Shown in pieces: positions 9,804 to 19,146 of a stretch of DNA of 64,000 bases. The stretch's first letter is position 1; each line of letters begins with the position of its first letter. The DNA is from Candidatus Marinacidobacterium sp. (GTDB lineage Bacteria; Acidobacteriota; Vicinamibacteria; Marinacidobacterales; Marinacidobacteraceae), in assembly GCA_965204755.1 (NCBI GenBank), contig OZ242011.1:160001-224000 (forward strand). The letters are read 5' to 3'. The translations under genes were made by a program, and so were the position numbers. Under the pieces are notes generated by a model, which had not been told where the DNA came from, searched no databases, and saw only the letters and a list, made by a program, of their open reading frames with translations.

Positions 9804-11063
9804 TTGCCGACTCCTCCGATCTCGCCCCGGGACCCGGTGGTCACCGGAATGGGTCTCCTGTCGCAGGTGGGTACGGGGGTGGCCGCCCACCGGGAAACGC
9901 TGCGCGCCGGACGGCAGGCGCCCTTCTCGCCCTATCCGCCGGGCGAAGAGCACGAGACCGGCTGCCGCATCATCGGCCTCTGCCGCGACCCCCTCGACCC
10001 GGAGGAACTCGGCCTGGGCCGTTCCTCGCTCCGGTTCATGGGGCGGATGTCGCTGCTCGCGGTCCGGGCGGCGCGCCTCGCGCTCGAGCAGTCCGGGATG
10101 GCGGTCGAGGACGCGGCGATCGTGGTGGGGAGCGGCACCGGGGAGATCGAGACCCACCGGGAGGTGGTGCGCCGGGTGGCGCGGGGCGGGCGCGTCCGGG
10201 TGCTCCCGACCACCATCCCCCGGATCATGGCCTCCACCGTCTCGGCGAACCTGGCCACGCTCCTCCGCACCCGGGGGCCCTCGGTCTCGGTTACCGCGGC
10301 CTGCGCCGGAGGCGCCTACAACCTGCTCGTCGCCGCCTCCTGGATCCGGGAGGGCCTGGTGGAGCGGGCGCTCGCCGGGGGCGTGGAGGCCGAGGATGTC
10401 CACTTCCACCTCGGCTTCGACTCCATGCGGGCCTACACCCGCAACGACAACGACCGGCCGGAGCGGGCGTCACGGCCCTACGCCGCCGACCGGGCCGGCT
10501 TCGTGTTCGGCGAGGGCGCCGGCCTGCTCGCGCTCGAGTCGCGGGAGGCGGCGGAACGGCGCGGAGCGGAGATCCTGGGGACGATCCGGGGCTGGGGGAT
10601 GTCTTCGGACGGCGCCGGGGAGATGGTCGCGCCGTCGAGCGAAGGCGCGGAACTGGCGATCCGGCGGGCGCTCGACCACGCGCAGGTCCCGCCGGACGAG
10701 ATCGGGTACCTGAACACCCACGGCACCTCGACCCCGCTCGGGGACCTCTCCGAAGCGCGCGCCATCCGCCGCGTCTTCGGCGAGCGGGTGGTCCCCTACG
10801 GCTCCACCAAGGGGTACACCGGCCACACGGTCTCCGCCGCCGGGTCGCTGGAGGCGGCGTTCACGCTGCTCATGCTCCGGGAGGGCTGGCTCGCGCCTTC
10901 CGTGAACGCAGAACCGCTCGACCCCGAACTCCTCGACTACCCGCCGGTCACGCGGCCGAGCGCCACCGACGCCGAGTGGGCGGTCTCCAACAGTTTCGGC
11001 TTCGGCGGCACCAATGTCTCTCTCGTCCTCCGGCGCGAAGCCGGAGGCCCGGCGGCCGGGTAG
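9804..11063 (+). CDS. fabF: Beta-ketoacyl-ACP synthase (FabF/FabB family)
   Basis: VVTGMG, TAACAGG (catalytic Cys), NTHGTSTPLGD and KGYTGH (two His), DRAGFVFGEGAG, SNSFGFGGTN. Confidence 0.85.
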   Translation: MPTPPISPRDPVVTGMGLLSQVGTGVAAHRETLRAGRQAPFSPYPPGEEHETGCRIIGLCRDPLDPEELGLGRSSLRFMGRMSLLAVRAARLALEQSGMAVEDAAIVVGSGTGEIETHREVVRRVARGGRVRVLPTTIPRIMASTVSANLATLLRTRGPSVSVTAACAGGAYNLLVAASWIREGLVERALAGGVEAEDVHFHLGFDSMRAYTRNDNDRPERASRPYAADRAGFVFGEGAGLLALESREAAERRGAEILGTIRGWGMSSDGAGEMVAPSSEGAELAIRRALDHAQVPPDEIGYLNTHGTSTPLGDLSEARAIRRVFGERVVPYGSTKGYTGHTVSAAGSLEAAFTLLMLREGWLAPSVNAEPLDPELLDYPPVTRPSATDAEWAVSNSFGFGGTNVSLVLRREAGGPAAG

Positions 11064-11092
11064 GGCCGCCGCAAACCGCGGAAGGGCGCGCC

Positions 11093-11494
11093 ATGCGGAT
11101 CGACCTCAAATGGAGCGGCGGGAGCCGCTACCCGGTGACCACCCCGTCCGGGGCCCGGGTCACCCTCGACCGGGAAGCGAAGGCCGGCCCCTCGCCGATG
11201 GAGGGGCTGCTCGCCTCGCTCGCCGGCTGCATGGCGATCGACATCGTGGTCATCCTCGAGCGGATGCGGGCGCTGCCGGACCGCCTCACCGGTTCCGCGT
11301 CCGGGCAACGGGCCGAGGAGCCGCCGCGGCGGTTCACCCGCATCCGGCTGGAGTTCACCGCTTCCGGCGGCGCGGTAACCGCCGCCCGGCTGGAACGGGC
11401 GGTACGACTCTCCTTCGACAAGTACTGCAGCGTGCTCCACACCTTGGGCAAAGACATCGAGTACGAGTGGACGGCTGAGGTCGAGTCCGGGTAG
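11093..11494 (+). CDS. OsmC/YhfA-family protein
   Basis: GPSPMEGLLASLAGCMAIDIV...LSFDKYCSVLHTL with the two conserved Cys. ATG at 11093 follows GGAAGG. Confidence 0.9.
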   Translation: MRIDLKWSGGSRYPVTTPSGARVTLDREAKAGPSPMEGLLASLAGCMAIDIVVILERMRALPDRLTGSASGQRAEEPPRRFTRIRLEFTASGGAVTAARLERAVRLSFDKYCSVLHTLGKDIEYEWTAEVESG

Positions 11495-11688
11495 TCCGGG
11501 TGGAGGTCTCCCACCGCTGCGACCGGGGCGCGAACGAGTGGTTCTTCCTGCCCTCGAAGGCCACCCCGGAGGCGGAGGCGGATCTGCCGGCTGGTGGGCC
11601 TGCGACCCGGCGGGCCACGCCGGTTCCACCCCCGAGGCGACTCCGTGAAGTCGCCCGCCCCCGACACCCCTCGCCGGACTCCGCCCGG
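11487..11688 (-). ncRNA. Candidate ~200-nt rod-shaped RNA, 6S (SsrS)-like
   Basis: Lies between convergent genes. Hand folding gives nested stems CCGGG..AGUCCGG/CCGGACU.CCCGG, UCGGGG-GCGGGCGA/UCGUUCGC.CCCCGG, a central bubble, CGGGGGUGGA/UCCGCCUCCG, CCGGC/GCCGG and GGGUC/GGCCC. G-U pairs favour the minus strand, and TTGACA lies upstream. Confidence 0.6.
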
Positions 11689-11691
11689 TGG

Positions 11692-11726
11692 TAGTGTGCC
11701 TACGAATCCAACTCCCCAACTGTCAA
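11692..11726 (-). promoter_or_regulatory. Sigma70-like promoter for the candidate ncRNA
   Basis: Perfect TTGACA (tgtcaa at 11721-11726) in a locally AT-richer patch. The -10 is weak (TAGGCA at 18-nt spacing). No minus-strand CDS follows nearby. Confidence 0.5.
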
Positions 11727-11839
11727 CCACTTACAAAGCCAAACCGTCGAAGTCGAGACCGGGCCGGCAGGCGCCCGCAGGTCGCAACGGCCCCCACCCC
11801 GACCGCGCCGACGCGGAGGCCCCCTTCGCTCACCGGAGG

Positions 11840-13162
11840 TCAGATCCGCGCGTCCAGCCGTCGCAGCGACTCGGCGAAGACGCGGGCGCCGTCGGCGAGC
11901 GAGGCCAGGCGCGTGAACTCCCTGGGGGAGTGGCTGATGCCGCCGCGGCTCGGGACGAAGATCATCCCGATCGGGGCGAAGACCGCGATGGACTGGGCGT
12001 CGTGTCCGGCGCCGGAGGGCAGCCGGATGACCGAGCAGCCGGCGGCGCGCGCCGACTCCACCACGACTTCGATGAAGTCCGGGTCGCAGGGGGCGGCCCG
12101 GCTCAGGTAGTAGGGCTCGAAGCGGATCTCGGTGTCGTTCCGGGAGGCGAGTTCCCGACCGACCTCCTGCAGTTTCCGGTAGAGCGACTCGATGGTCTCC
12201 ATGCGGAGGTCGCGGATCTCGAGACTCAGTTCCACTTCCCCCGGGATCACATTCGCCGCCCCGGGATGCGCCTCGATCCGGCCGACGGTGGCCACCTGCC
12301 GCCCCGGGAGCGCCCGCGCCTCGTCGTCCACCGCGGCGATGAAGCGGCCGGCGGTGACCAGGGGGTCGCGGCGGATCGCCATCGCGGTCGTCCCGGCGTG
12401 GTTCGCGAAGCCGGAGATCGAGACCCGGAACCGGCGGATCCCCACGATCCCTTCCACCGCGCCGACCTGGTAGCCGCCGGCGTCGAGCACCGGGCCCTGC
12501 TCGATGTGGAGTTCCAGGAAGCCGGCCGCCGACCCCGGCTCGCGTTTCGCTTCGGCGAGCCGCTCCGGCGAACCGCCGACCCGCCGGAGCGCCGCGCCCA
12601 GCGCCAGCCCGCCGTGGAGCGGCAGGTCGAGTTCCTCGGCGGTGACTTCGCCGGCGAGGGCGCGGCTGCCGGTCTTCCCGTTCTCCTCGTTGAAGAAGAC
12701 GAAGAACTCGAGCGGGTGGCGGAACTCCGCGCCCGATTCGTCGAGCGACTCCGCCGCTTCGAGGCCGGTGACGCAGCCGGCGACGCCGTCGTAGTTGCCG
12801 CCGTTCGGCACGGAGTCGAGGTGCGAGCCGAGGAGCAGCGGGGGAAGCGACGCCTCCCTCCCCGCCCGGCGCCCCAAGAGGTTCCCCGCGAAGTCGGTCT
12901 CCACCCGGAACCCGGCGCCCCGGAGCCAGCCGGAGAACCGCTCCCGCATCGCGAGGTCGGCGTCGCTCCCGGCGGTCCGGGAGTACCCGCCGGCGGGGTC
13001 GGCGCCGATCCGGGAGAGATCCTCCATCCGCCGCCCGATCCGGTCTTCCCGCACCGCCTGCGGGCGGCCCGGCGCCGCGGCCGCGCGGCCGGCGAGCGGC
13101 GCGGCGGCGAGCAGTCCGGCAGCCGTCCGCCGGTGGAAGTCGCGCCGGGAGAGGCGCTTCAC
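11840..13162 (-). CDS. M20-family Zn amidohydrolase (allantoate amidohydrolase/N-carbamoylase-like) with Tat signal
   Basis: SRRDF twin-arginine motif, GSHLDSVPNGGNYDGVAG, FFNEE, FLELHIEQGPVL, NHAGTT, SGAGHDA, GISHSPRE. Confidence 0.92.
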   Translation of the reverse strand: MKRLSRRDFHRRTAAGLLAAAPLAGRAAAAPGRPQAVREDRIGRRMEDLSRIGADPAGGYSRTAGSDADLAMRERFSGWLRGAGFRVETDFAGNLLGRRAGREASLPPLLLGSHLDSVPNGGNYDGVAGCVTGLEAAESLDESGAEFRHPLEFFVFFNEENGKTGSRALAGEVTAEELDLPLHGGLALGAALRRVGGSPERLAEAKREPGSAAGFLELHIEQGPVLDAGGYQVGAVEGIVGIRRFRVSISGFANHAGTTAMAIRRDPLVTAGRFIAAVDDEARALPGRQVATVGRIEAHPGAANVIPGEVELSLEIRDLRMETIESLYRKLQEVGRELASRNDTEIRFEPYYLSRAAPCDPDFIEVVVESARAAGCSVIRLPSGAGHDAQSIAVFAPIGMIFVPSRGGISHSPREFTRLASLADGARVFAESLRRLDARI

Positions 13163-14058
13163 GGCGCGGCCTCCGGCTCGTCCGGGAGGAGCGGCGCCTC
13201 CGCCACCGGAACGACCGCTTCCCGGTCGGCGTAGCCCACGATCCCGGCGGCCACCACGCGCAGGAAGTCCCCGTCCGCGGGGCGCTCCGGCGCCTGCCCG
13301 ACCTCGACATAGAGCCCTTCCGGCAGCGAGGCGAGTTGCGGGTAGGAGGCCTCCGGGCCGCTGCGGAGCGCCGCCGCCGGGCGCACCACCACCGCCTCTT
13401 CCGGCGCGGCGAGGCGCAGGCGGAGCAGGGCCCCGGAGACCGCGGCGGCGAGGACGAACAGGCCGATCCCGGCGGCGAGGAGCCGCCGCCGGCCGTACCC
13501 GAGCAGGGCGAGCGTCCAGAGCGCGCCCCCGGCGAACAGCGAAACCAGGAGCGCGGCGGCGGCCCGGCGGGCGGGGAGGCGGCGCATCTCGGCGGTGAAT
13601 CCTCCCATGGATCGGAGCAGTTCCAGCGCGAAGGCGTTCGCCGCCTCTCCCGCCGACCCCTCCCCGGCGCCGGAAGCGGCGGCGGCGGTCAGCCGGCGGT
13701 CGAGCACCGACCGGGCGAGCGCCAGGTTCGCCGCCGCGTCGTCGTCCCCCGGTCGGAGGCGGAGCGACCGCTCCCAGTGGAGCATGGCGAAGCCGAGCCG
13801 CCCGTCGCGGAACTCGGCGTTGCCCAGGTTGTAGTGGAGCGCGGCGCGGTCGAGGGCCGCGGCTTCGCCGGTCGGACCGGGGGGCGGCGCCTCCCGCAGC
13901 AGGCGGCGCCAGATCCCGGCCGCCTCGCGGTAGCCGCCGGCGTCGTAGAGCCGGACCGCTTCTTCCGGATCGGGCGCCTCCGGCTGCGCGGCGGCGCGGA
14001 GTTCGCCCGGCGGCGCGAAGGCGAGGAGGAAGGCCGCCGCGCCCGCCGCGCGGGTCAC
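13159..14058 (-). CDS. batE: BatE-like TPR plus SH3 membrane protein
   Basis: HYNLGNAEFRDGRLGFAMLHWERSLRLRPGDDDAAANL, two TM helices, SH3-like LRSGP...LPEG, and position after batD. Confidence 0.75.
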   Translation of the reverse strand: MTRAAGAAAFLLAFAPPGELRAAAQPEAPDPEEAVRLYDAGGYREAAGIWRRLLREAPPPGPTGEAAALDRAALHYNLGNAEFRDGRLGFAMLHWERSLRLRPGDDDAAANLALARSVLDRRLTAAAASGAGEGSAGEAANAFALELLRSMGGFTAEMRRLPARRAAAALLVSLFAGGALWTLALLGYGRRRLLAAGIGLFVLAAAVSGALLRLRLAAPEEAVVVRPAAALRSGPEASYPQLASLPEGLYVEVGQAPERPADGDFLRVVAAGIVGYADREAVVPVAEAPLLPDEPEAAP

Positions 14059-16094
14059 GCGGCGGCCCCCGAGCCGGGGCCGGCGGCGTTGCTGCGGCCG
14101 TTCCCGCCGATCTGCGCTTCCATCTCCCGGATCAGGTCGGCGGCATCGGACGCCGCGGCCGCGCCCCCGTCGGCGCCGCTCCCGCCGGCGCCCGACCGCC
14201 CGCCGGCGTAGCGCGCGCTCTCCGAGCGCGACCACAGCGCGGCGAACCGGCGGGCCAGGCCGGGTTCCGCGCCGGCGGAGACGAAGCGGGCGGCGGCGCT
14301 CTCCGGGGTCAGCCCCCGGGGCGGGAGCGAGAAGCGGTCCGCCGCGTACTCGGTGAGGATGCGCCCCACCGCCGCGTCGTCGGCGCCGCCGTTCGCCGGG
14401 ATCGCGGCGAGCCGGGAGAGGGCGCTCCGGGCGGCCCGGCGGCGGCGGAAGCCGGAGGCGTGGGCGGCGCGGTAGGCGCGCCGCCGCAGGACGGCGAACA
14501 CCGCGGCGTTCCCGAGCGCCGGGAGCGCGAGGAGCAGGTAGAACGACGGCCCCGGACGCCAGGGCGCCGGCGGCGGGCGCCCGCCGCTCACCGGCTTCAG
14601 GTAGCGGATGTCTTCGCCGAAACGCTCCACTCCCGCCGGCCCGGCGGGGCCGTCGGCGGTGGCCGCGCCGCCGGTGATCTCCACCCGGAGCGGGTCGGTC
14701 GCGAGCCGTTCGTATCTCCCGGTCTCCGGGTCGAAGACCTCGAGCGCGATCTCCGGGATCCGCCGGACGCCCCCCGCCTCCGGGACCAGCGGGAACTCCC
14801 ACCGGCGCCGGCCCCCGAACCGGTAGCCGCCCGCGCCGTCGGGGACGAGACCGGCGTCGAGGGAGATGTCCGGGTCGAAGGCGCGGAAGGCGCGGCGGAA
14901 CTCCGGGGACGCGGGAAGCGCCGGTTCGCCGGCGGCGCGCAGGTTCCCGTCTCCGCTGAGTTCCACCCGGAGGACCAGCGGCTCGCCCGCGGCCGCTTCG
15001 GCGCCGGGGGCCAGCGGCTCGCCGTCGCGGAGGAGCCCGGCGCCCAGGTCGTAGGTCCCGACGGCGCCGGTGAACCCGGCGGGCCGCCCGGAGGAGGGCA
15101 GGGCCCGGGCGCGGACGGTGACTTCCGGCGCCCGCCGGGTCACCACCACTTCCTCCGGCCCGAAGAGGGAGGCGCGGCCCGACCGGATCAGGACCTCGAA
15201 GGTCGGCCCCGGCAACTCGAGATCGCCGGCGCCGGTGGGGAAGACCGCCCGCATGAGCACCGGATAGGTGTCGTAGGCGACGCCGCCCACCGTCCGCCGC
15301 TCCCGCCGGGGGCCCGGCAACTCCCGCCGGCGCCGGATCTCCTCGCGGTCGAGGCCCCGTTCCTGCCAGGGCACATCCGGGAGGGTGATCTCTTCCGTCC
15401 AGAAGCCTTCGGCCTGGGCCATCTCCACCGGCGCCGCCGCCGCGACCGGGAACCGGCTGTAGAGGCGGTAGAGGACGAGCGCCTGCCCGCCGACGAAGAC
15501 TTCGGGGGAGTTCGGTTCGCTCCCTTCCGCGCCCGGGGTCTCGGCCACCAGGAAGACATCGCCTTCCCCGACCCGGGGTTCGGACCGCGCGCTCAGCGCC
15601 CGCCGGTCGAGGAGGTCGAAGGGATCGAACGGGGAGCCGAAGAGCGACCCGAAGGGATCCCTCCGGGCCGGGCGGAGGCTCCCGGGCGCCACGCGCACGG
15701 TGATCGGCTCGGTCGGCGGGTGGCCGGCCACCGGGATCGGCGGGATCACCAGGTCGCCGACCCGCCGGGGGCGCAGCGTGAAGTTCCAGTCCGTGGACTG
15801 GCGCATCCGTCCGTTCACGATCGAGGTCCGGAAACTCCGGCCGCTCCCGCCCACCTCGAAGTCGTCGAGAACCGGCAACTCGAACCGGTTGGACGCGTCC
15901 CCCGGAATGGAGACCGTAAGCACCACCTGGTCGTCGAGCCCGATCGGGTTCGCGTCCACGGTCGCTTCCGCCCGCTCCTGCGCGAGCGCCGGAGCGCCGG
16001 CGGCGGCCGAGAACAGGGCGAGGGACAGCGTGAGGAACCGGGCGAAGGACGCCGGCGGTCCGGAACGCCGCCGGCGGAGGCGACCGTCGGTCAA
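14055..16094 (-). CDS. batD: BatD-family protein
   Basis: TTG start overlaps the upstream stop. Motifs RTSIVNGRM, GDLVIPPIPV, GFTGAVG, LSGDGNL, FDPETGRY and DIRYLK, with a C-terminal TM. Confidence 0.85.
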   Translation of the reverse strand: MTDGRLRRRRSGPPASFARFLTLSLALFSAAAGAPALAQERAEATVDANPIGLDDQVVLTVSIPGDASNRFELPVLDDFEVGGSGRSFRTSIVNGRMRQSTDWNFTLRPRRVGDLVIPPIPVAGHPPTEPITVRVAPGSLRPARRDPFGSLFGSPFDPFDLLDRRALSARSEPRVGEGDVFLVAETPGAEGSEPNSPEVFVGGQALVLYRLYSRFPVAAAAPVEMAQAEGFWTEEITLPDVPWQERGLDREEIRRRRELPGPRRERRTVGGVAYDTYPVLMRAVFPTGAGDLELPGPTFEVLIRSGRASLFGPEEVVVTRRAPEVTVRARALPSSGRPAGFTGAVGTYDLGAGLLRDGEPLAPGAEAAAGEPLVLRVELSGDGNLRAAGEPALPASPEFRRAFRAFDPDISLDAGLVPDGAGGYRFGGRRRWEFPLVPEAGGVRRIPEIALEVFDPETGRYERLATDPLRVEITGGAATADGPAGPAGVERFGEDIRYLKPVSGGRPPPAPWRPGPSFYLLLALPALGNAAVFAVLRRRAYRAAHASGFRRRRAARSALSRLAAIPANGGADDAAVGRILTEYAADRFSLPPRGLTPESAAARFVSAGAEPGLARRFAALWSRSESARYAGGRSGAGGSGADGGAAAASDAADLIREMEAQIGGNGRSNAAGPGSGAAA

Positions 16095-17020
16095 TGCCGC
16101 CCCCTCCGGAGGGCGCGGGCGCGCCGCTTCTCGAGGCGGTCTTCCTGGAACCGCCGCTCGACTTCCGCCAAGGCCGCCAGGATGCGCTCCGCCTGTTCGG
16201 GGGTGATCTCCGGGACCTGCGCGGCGGAGGGCTCGGCGGCGTCGGCGCCGCTCGGGTCTTCCTCCGGCGCGGCGTCGTCCGGCGCAGCCGGCTCGGGCTC
16301 GGGTTCCCCGGACTCCGGGTCCTCCCCTTCTTCCCGGGGAGGTTCGGAGTCCGACTCGCTCGGGGGCGGCTCGCCGCCCGACCCTTCGTCTCCCGACCCG
16401 GAGGACGACTGTTCCTGCTGTTGCCGTTGTTGTTGTTCGTTCCCCTCCTCCGGCGGCTCGCCGTCCTCGCCGGACTGCTGTTCCTGCTGCTGCTCCTGCT
16501 CCTCGGCCCGAAGGAGCGCGCGCTCCAGGTTCTGCCGGGCCTCCCGGTCCTCCGGGTCGAGCGCGAGCGCCTCCCCGTAGGCCGCGGCGGCGTCGCCGAA
16601 CGCGCCGCTCCGGAACAGGGTGTTCCCCAGGTTGAAGAAGGCGTCGCGCCGAGCCGGCCCGGAGAGCCGATCCGCGCCCGGCCCCTCGAGCGCCGCGAGG
16701 TACCCCCGCGCCGCCTCGGCGAACGGACCGGCGCCGGTCCCTTCGGCCGGCGCCGCAGCGCCGCCGGGCGGAGCGGCTTCGCCCATCCGGTAGTGGACCC
16801 CGGCGAGGTTCAGGTCGTTCTCCGGCGCGTCCGGCCAGGCGTCCCGCGCCCGGGAGAACGCCCGGAGCGCCTCCTCCAGCCGCCCGTTCTCGAAGTGCTC
16901 CGCGCCCTCGCGGGTGTTCCTCTCGACGCCGCCGAGCGCTTGCCCCGCGGACGCGCCGGCCGAGGCCAGCCAGACGCCGCCGGCGAGCGCGGCGCGGCGG
17001 AGGGCGGCGCGGGCGGTCAT
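16091..17020 (-). CDS. batC: BatC-like TPR protein with Q/E-rich tail
   Basis: AFFNLGNTLFR...YGEALALDPEDREARQNLERA, a Q/E/S-rich linker, and ITPEQAERILAAL. Confidence 0.8.
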   Translation of the reverse strand: MTARAALRRAALAGGVWLASAGASAGQALGGVERNTREGAEHFENGRLEEALRAFSRARDAWPDAPENDLNLAGVHYRMGEAAPPGGAAAPAEGTGAGPFAEAARGYLAALEGPGADRLSGPARRDAFFNLGNTLFRSGAFGDAAAAYGEALALDPEDREARQNLERALLRAEEQEQQQEQQSGEDGEPPEEGNEQQQRQQQEQSSSGSGDEGSGGEPPPSESDSEPPREEGEDPESGEPEPEPAAPDDAAPEEDPSGADAAEPSAAQVPEITPEQAERILAALAEVERRFQEDRLEKRRARALRRGRH

Positions 17021-18054
17021 GAAGTGACGGGCGGCGAAGCCGCCGGAGCGACCCGGGCCCGCCGGACGCCCGGCGCGACGAGGCCGTAGGCGAGGAGCGC
17101 GGCCAGCGCGACGGCGGTCGGAATCCAGAACTGCTCCCGGTGGCGGCGGGCCACTTCTTCGCCGAGTTCCCCGCCGGCGAGACCCGCCACCGCGGCGGCC
17201 ACCGCCTCGATCTCCCCATCCCGGGGGCTCACCTCGTGGAACGCGCCGCCGGTGAGCGCGGCCAGCCGGGAGAGGGCGTCGGTGTCCAGGCGGCTGACGA
17301 TCGGGCTTCCGGCGCCGTCCCGCATCAAGGTCGGGCCGGAGTCCGTCGGCACCGGGATCGTCGCGCCGCCGGCCGTCCCCACGCCGATGGCGAACACGGT
17401 GATCCCGGCGGTCCGGGCCGCCTCCGCGACTTCGTCCACCGGGGTCAGCCGGAGGTCGTCCTGCTGCCCGTCGGTGAGCAGGACGACCACCCGTTCGCCG
17501 CTCCCTTCCCGGTCGAATGCCCGCGCCGCCTCGGCGACGAGCGCCGCGAGGTTCGTCCCCGGGCTTTCGACAGCGCCGGTGGCGATGCCGGACAGGAGCG
17601 TGCGCGCCGCGCCGAGGTCGGGCGTGAGCGGGCAGGAAGTGAAAGCGGAACCGGAGAACGCCACGATCCCCACCCGGTTCCCGGAGAGCCGCTCCAGGAG
17701 CGAAGCGGCGATGTATCGGGCGCGCTCCATCCGGGAGGGCGGCACATCGCGCGCGTCCATGCTGAACGAGGTGTCCATCGCCAGGATCACATCCACTCCC
17801 GAGAGGGTGACCTCCCGTTCCTCGCGGCCCCACTGCGGGCGGGCGGCGGCGAGGGCGAAGAGCGCGACCGCGGAGACCAGCAGCGCCCGGCGGAGACGGG
17901 TCCGGGGCGCGCTCGCCCCGTCCACCAGCCCGGCCCAGCCGGCGCCGAACCGGGCGAGGAGCCGGCGCCTCCGGTGGGCGGCGAACAGGAGCAGGCCGAG
18001 CGCGGCCGGCGCGAGAGCCAGCAGCGCGAACGCCGACGGGGCGCCCCAACGCAT
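17017..18054 (-). CDS. batB: BatB-like VWA protein
   Basis: AARPQWG, DTSFSMDARDVPPSRM, CPLTPD, LLTDG, GVGTAGGATIP, SRLD. Confidence 0.88.
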   Translation of the reverse strand: MRWGAPSAFALLALAPAALGLLLFAAHRRRRLLARFGAGWAGLVDGASAPRTRLRRALLVSAVALFALAAARPQWGREEREVTLSGVDVILAMDTSFSMDARDVPPSRMERARYIAASLLERLSGNRVGIVAFSGSAFTSCPLTPDLGAARTLLSGIATGAVESPGTNLAALVAEAARAFDREGSGERVVVLLTDGQQDDLRLTPVDEVAEAARTAGITVFAIGVGTAGGATIPVPTDSGPTLMRDGAGSPIVSRLDTDALSRLAALTGGAFHEVSPRDGEIEAVAAAVAGLAGGELGEEVARRHREQFWIPTAVALAALLAYGLVAPGVRRARVAPAASPPVTS

Positions 18055-18084
18055 GTCAGCGGGAGCGGAGCCGGGCCGGACGAT

Positions 18085-19146
18085 TCACGGCGCGGCGCGG
18101 AAGGCGGTGGCGCCCAGGCCCACCGAGAGGAAGAGGAGCCCCGCCGCCCAGCCGGCGAGCCTCGGGCCGTCGTCCCCCCAACTCGTCCAGTCCGGCTCGC
18201 GGAACTCGGTGCGCTCCAGGTCGTCGATCTCCTCGTACACCGCCCGGAGCCCTTCGGTGTCCCGGGCCTGGAAGTACCGGCCGCCGGTGGCCTCCGCGAC
18301 CTTCCGCAGCGTCTCGGCGTCCACGCCGGGCGCCCGCCGGGCCGCGCCCCCCGGCATCGCGCCCCCGGTCTCCCGCCCGGCGCCCACGGTATAGACCCGG
18401 ATGCCGCGCGCCTTCGCCAGCCCGGCGGCGGTCAGCGGGTGGATCTCCCCGGCGTTCGAGACCCCGTCGGTGAGGAGCACGATGACCCGGCTCTCCGCCT
18501 CGGAACCGGCGAGCCGGTTCACCGAGGCGGCGACGGCGTTGCCGATGGCGGTCCCGTCCTCGATGTCGCCGATGCCGACCTCGGCGAGTTGCGCCTCGAG
18601 GATCTCGTGGTCGAGCGTCAGCGGGGTGACCGTTACCGCGTTCCGGGCGAAGGCCACCGCGCCCAGGCGGTCCCGCTCGCGCCCCCGGACGAAGTCGAGG
18701 AGGACTTCCTTCGCCGCCGCCAGCCGGTTCGCCGGGGCGAAGTCCTCGGCCCTCATGCTGGAGGAGATGTCGAGCGCCAGCACGATGTCCACCCCCGAAC
18801 TCGTCCGGGCGTCGCGGGTCAGCCCGGTCTGGGGGCGGGCGAGCGCGAGGGCGCCGAGGGCGACCGCGGCCAGGACGAGCGCGCCGGGCAGGAAGGACAG
18901 CCGGGAGCGGAGCGAGGCCGGGAGGCCGGCCAGCGGCGCCCCGTCGGGGAAGCGGAGCGCCGGCGACGGGGCGCGGAGGCGGGCGAGTCGGGCGAGCCGA
19001 GCGAGGCGGCCGAGGCGGGCGGCGGCCCCGCCCCCGTCCCCGGCGGCGCGCCCCGGCCGATTCGACGAGGGGCGGAGGAGCAGCCGCGGCAACAGGGCCG
19101 GGACGAAGAGCAGGAGCAGGAGCGCGGCCGGCCAGAGGAGCCTCAT
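18085..19146 (-). CDS. batA: BatA-like VWA protein
   Basis: LARPQ, DISSSMRAEDFAPANRL, PLTLDH, DGTAIGNA, LLTDGVSNAGEIHP, EIDDLE. Confidence 0.9.
   Translation of the reverse strand: MRLLWPAALLLLLFVPALLPRLLLRPSSNRPGRAAGDGGGAAARLGRLARLARLARLRAPSPALRFPDGAPLAGLPASLRSRLSFLPGALVLAAVALGALALARPQTGLTRDARTSSGVDIVLALDISSSMRAEDFAPANRLAAAKEVLLDFVRGRERDRLGAVAFARNAVTVTPLTLDHEILEAQLAEVGIGDIEDGTAIGNAVAASVNRLAGSEAESRVIVLLTDGVSNAGEIHPLTAAGLAKARGIRVYTVGAGRETGGAMPGGAARRAPGVDAETLRKVAEATGGRYFQARDTEGLRAVYEEIDDLERTEFREPDWTSWGDDGPRLAGWAAGLLFLSVGLGATAFRAAP

Noticed and set aside
11495-11690. tmRNA, SRP, cobalamin or yybP riboswitch identity for the structured region
   Set aside because: Only short fragments match (GGAGACC, CCTCCACC), core motifs are absent, and there is no downstream gene to regulate.
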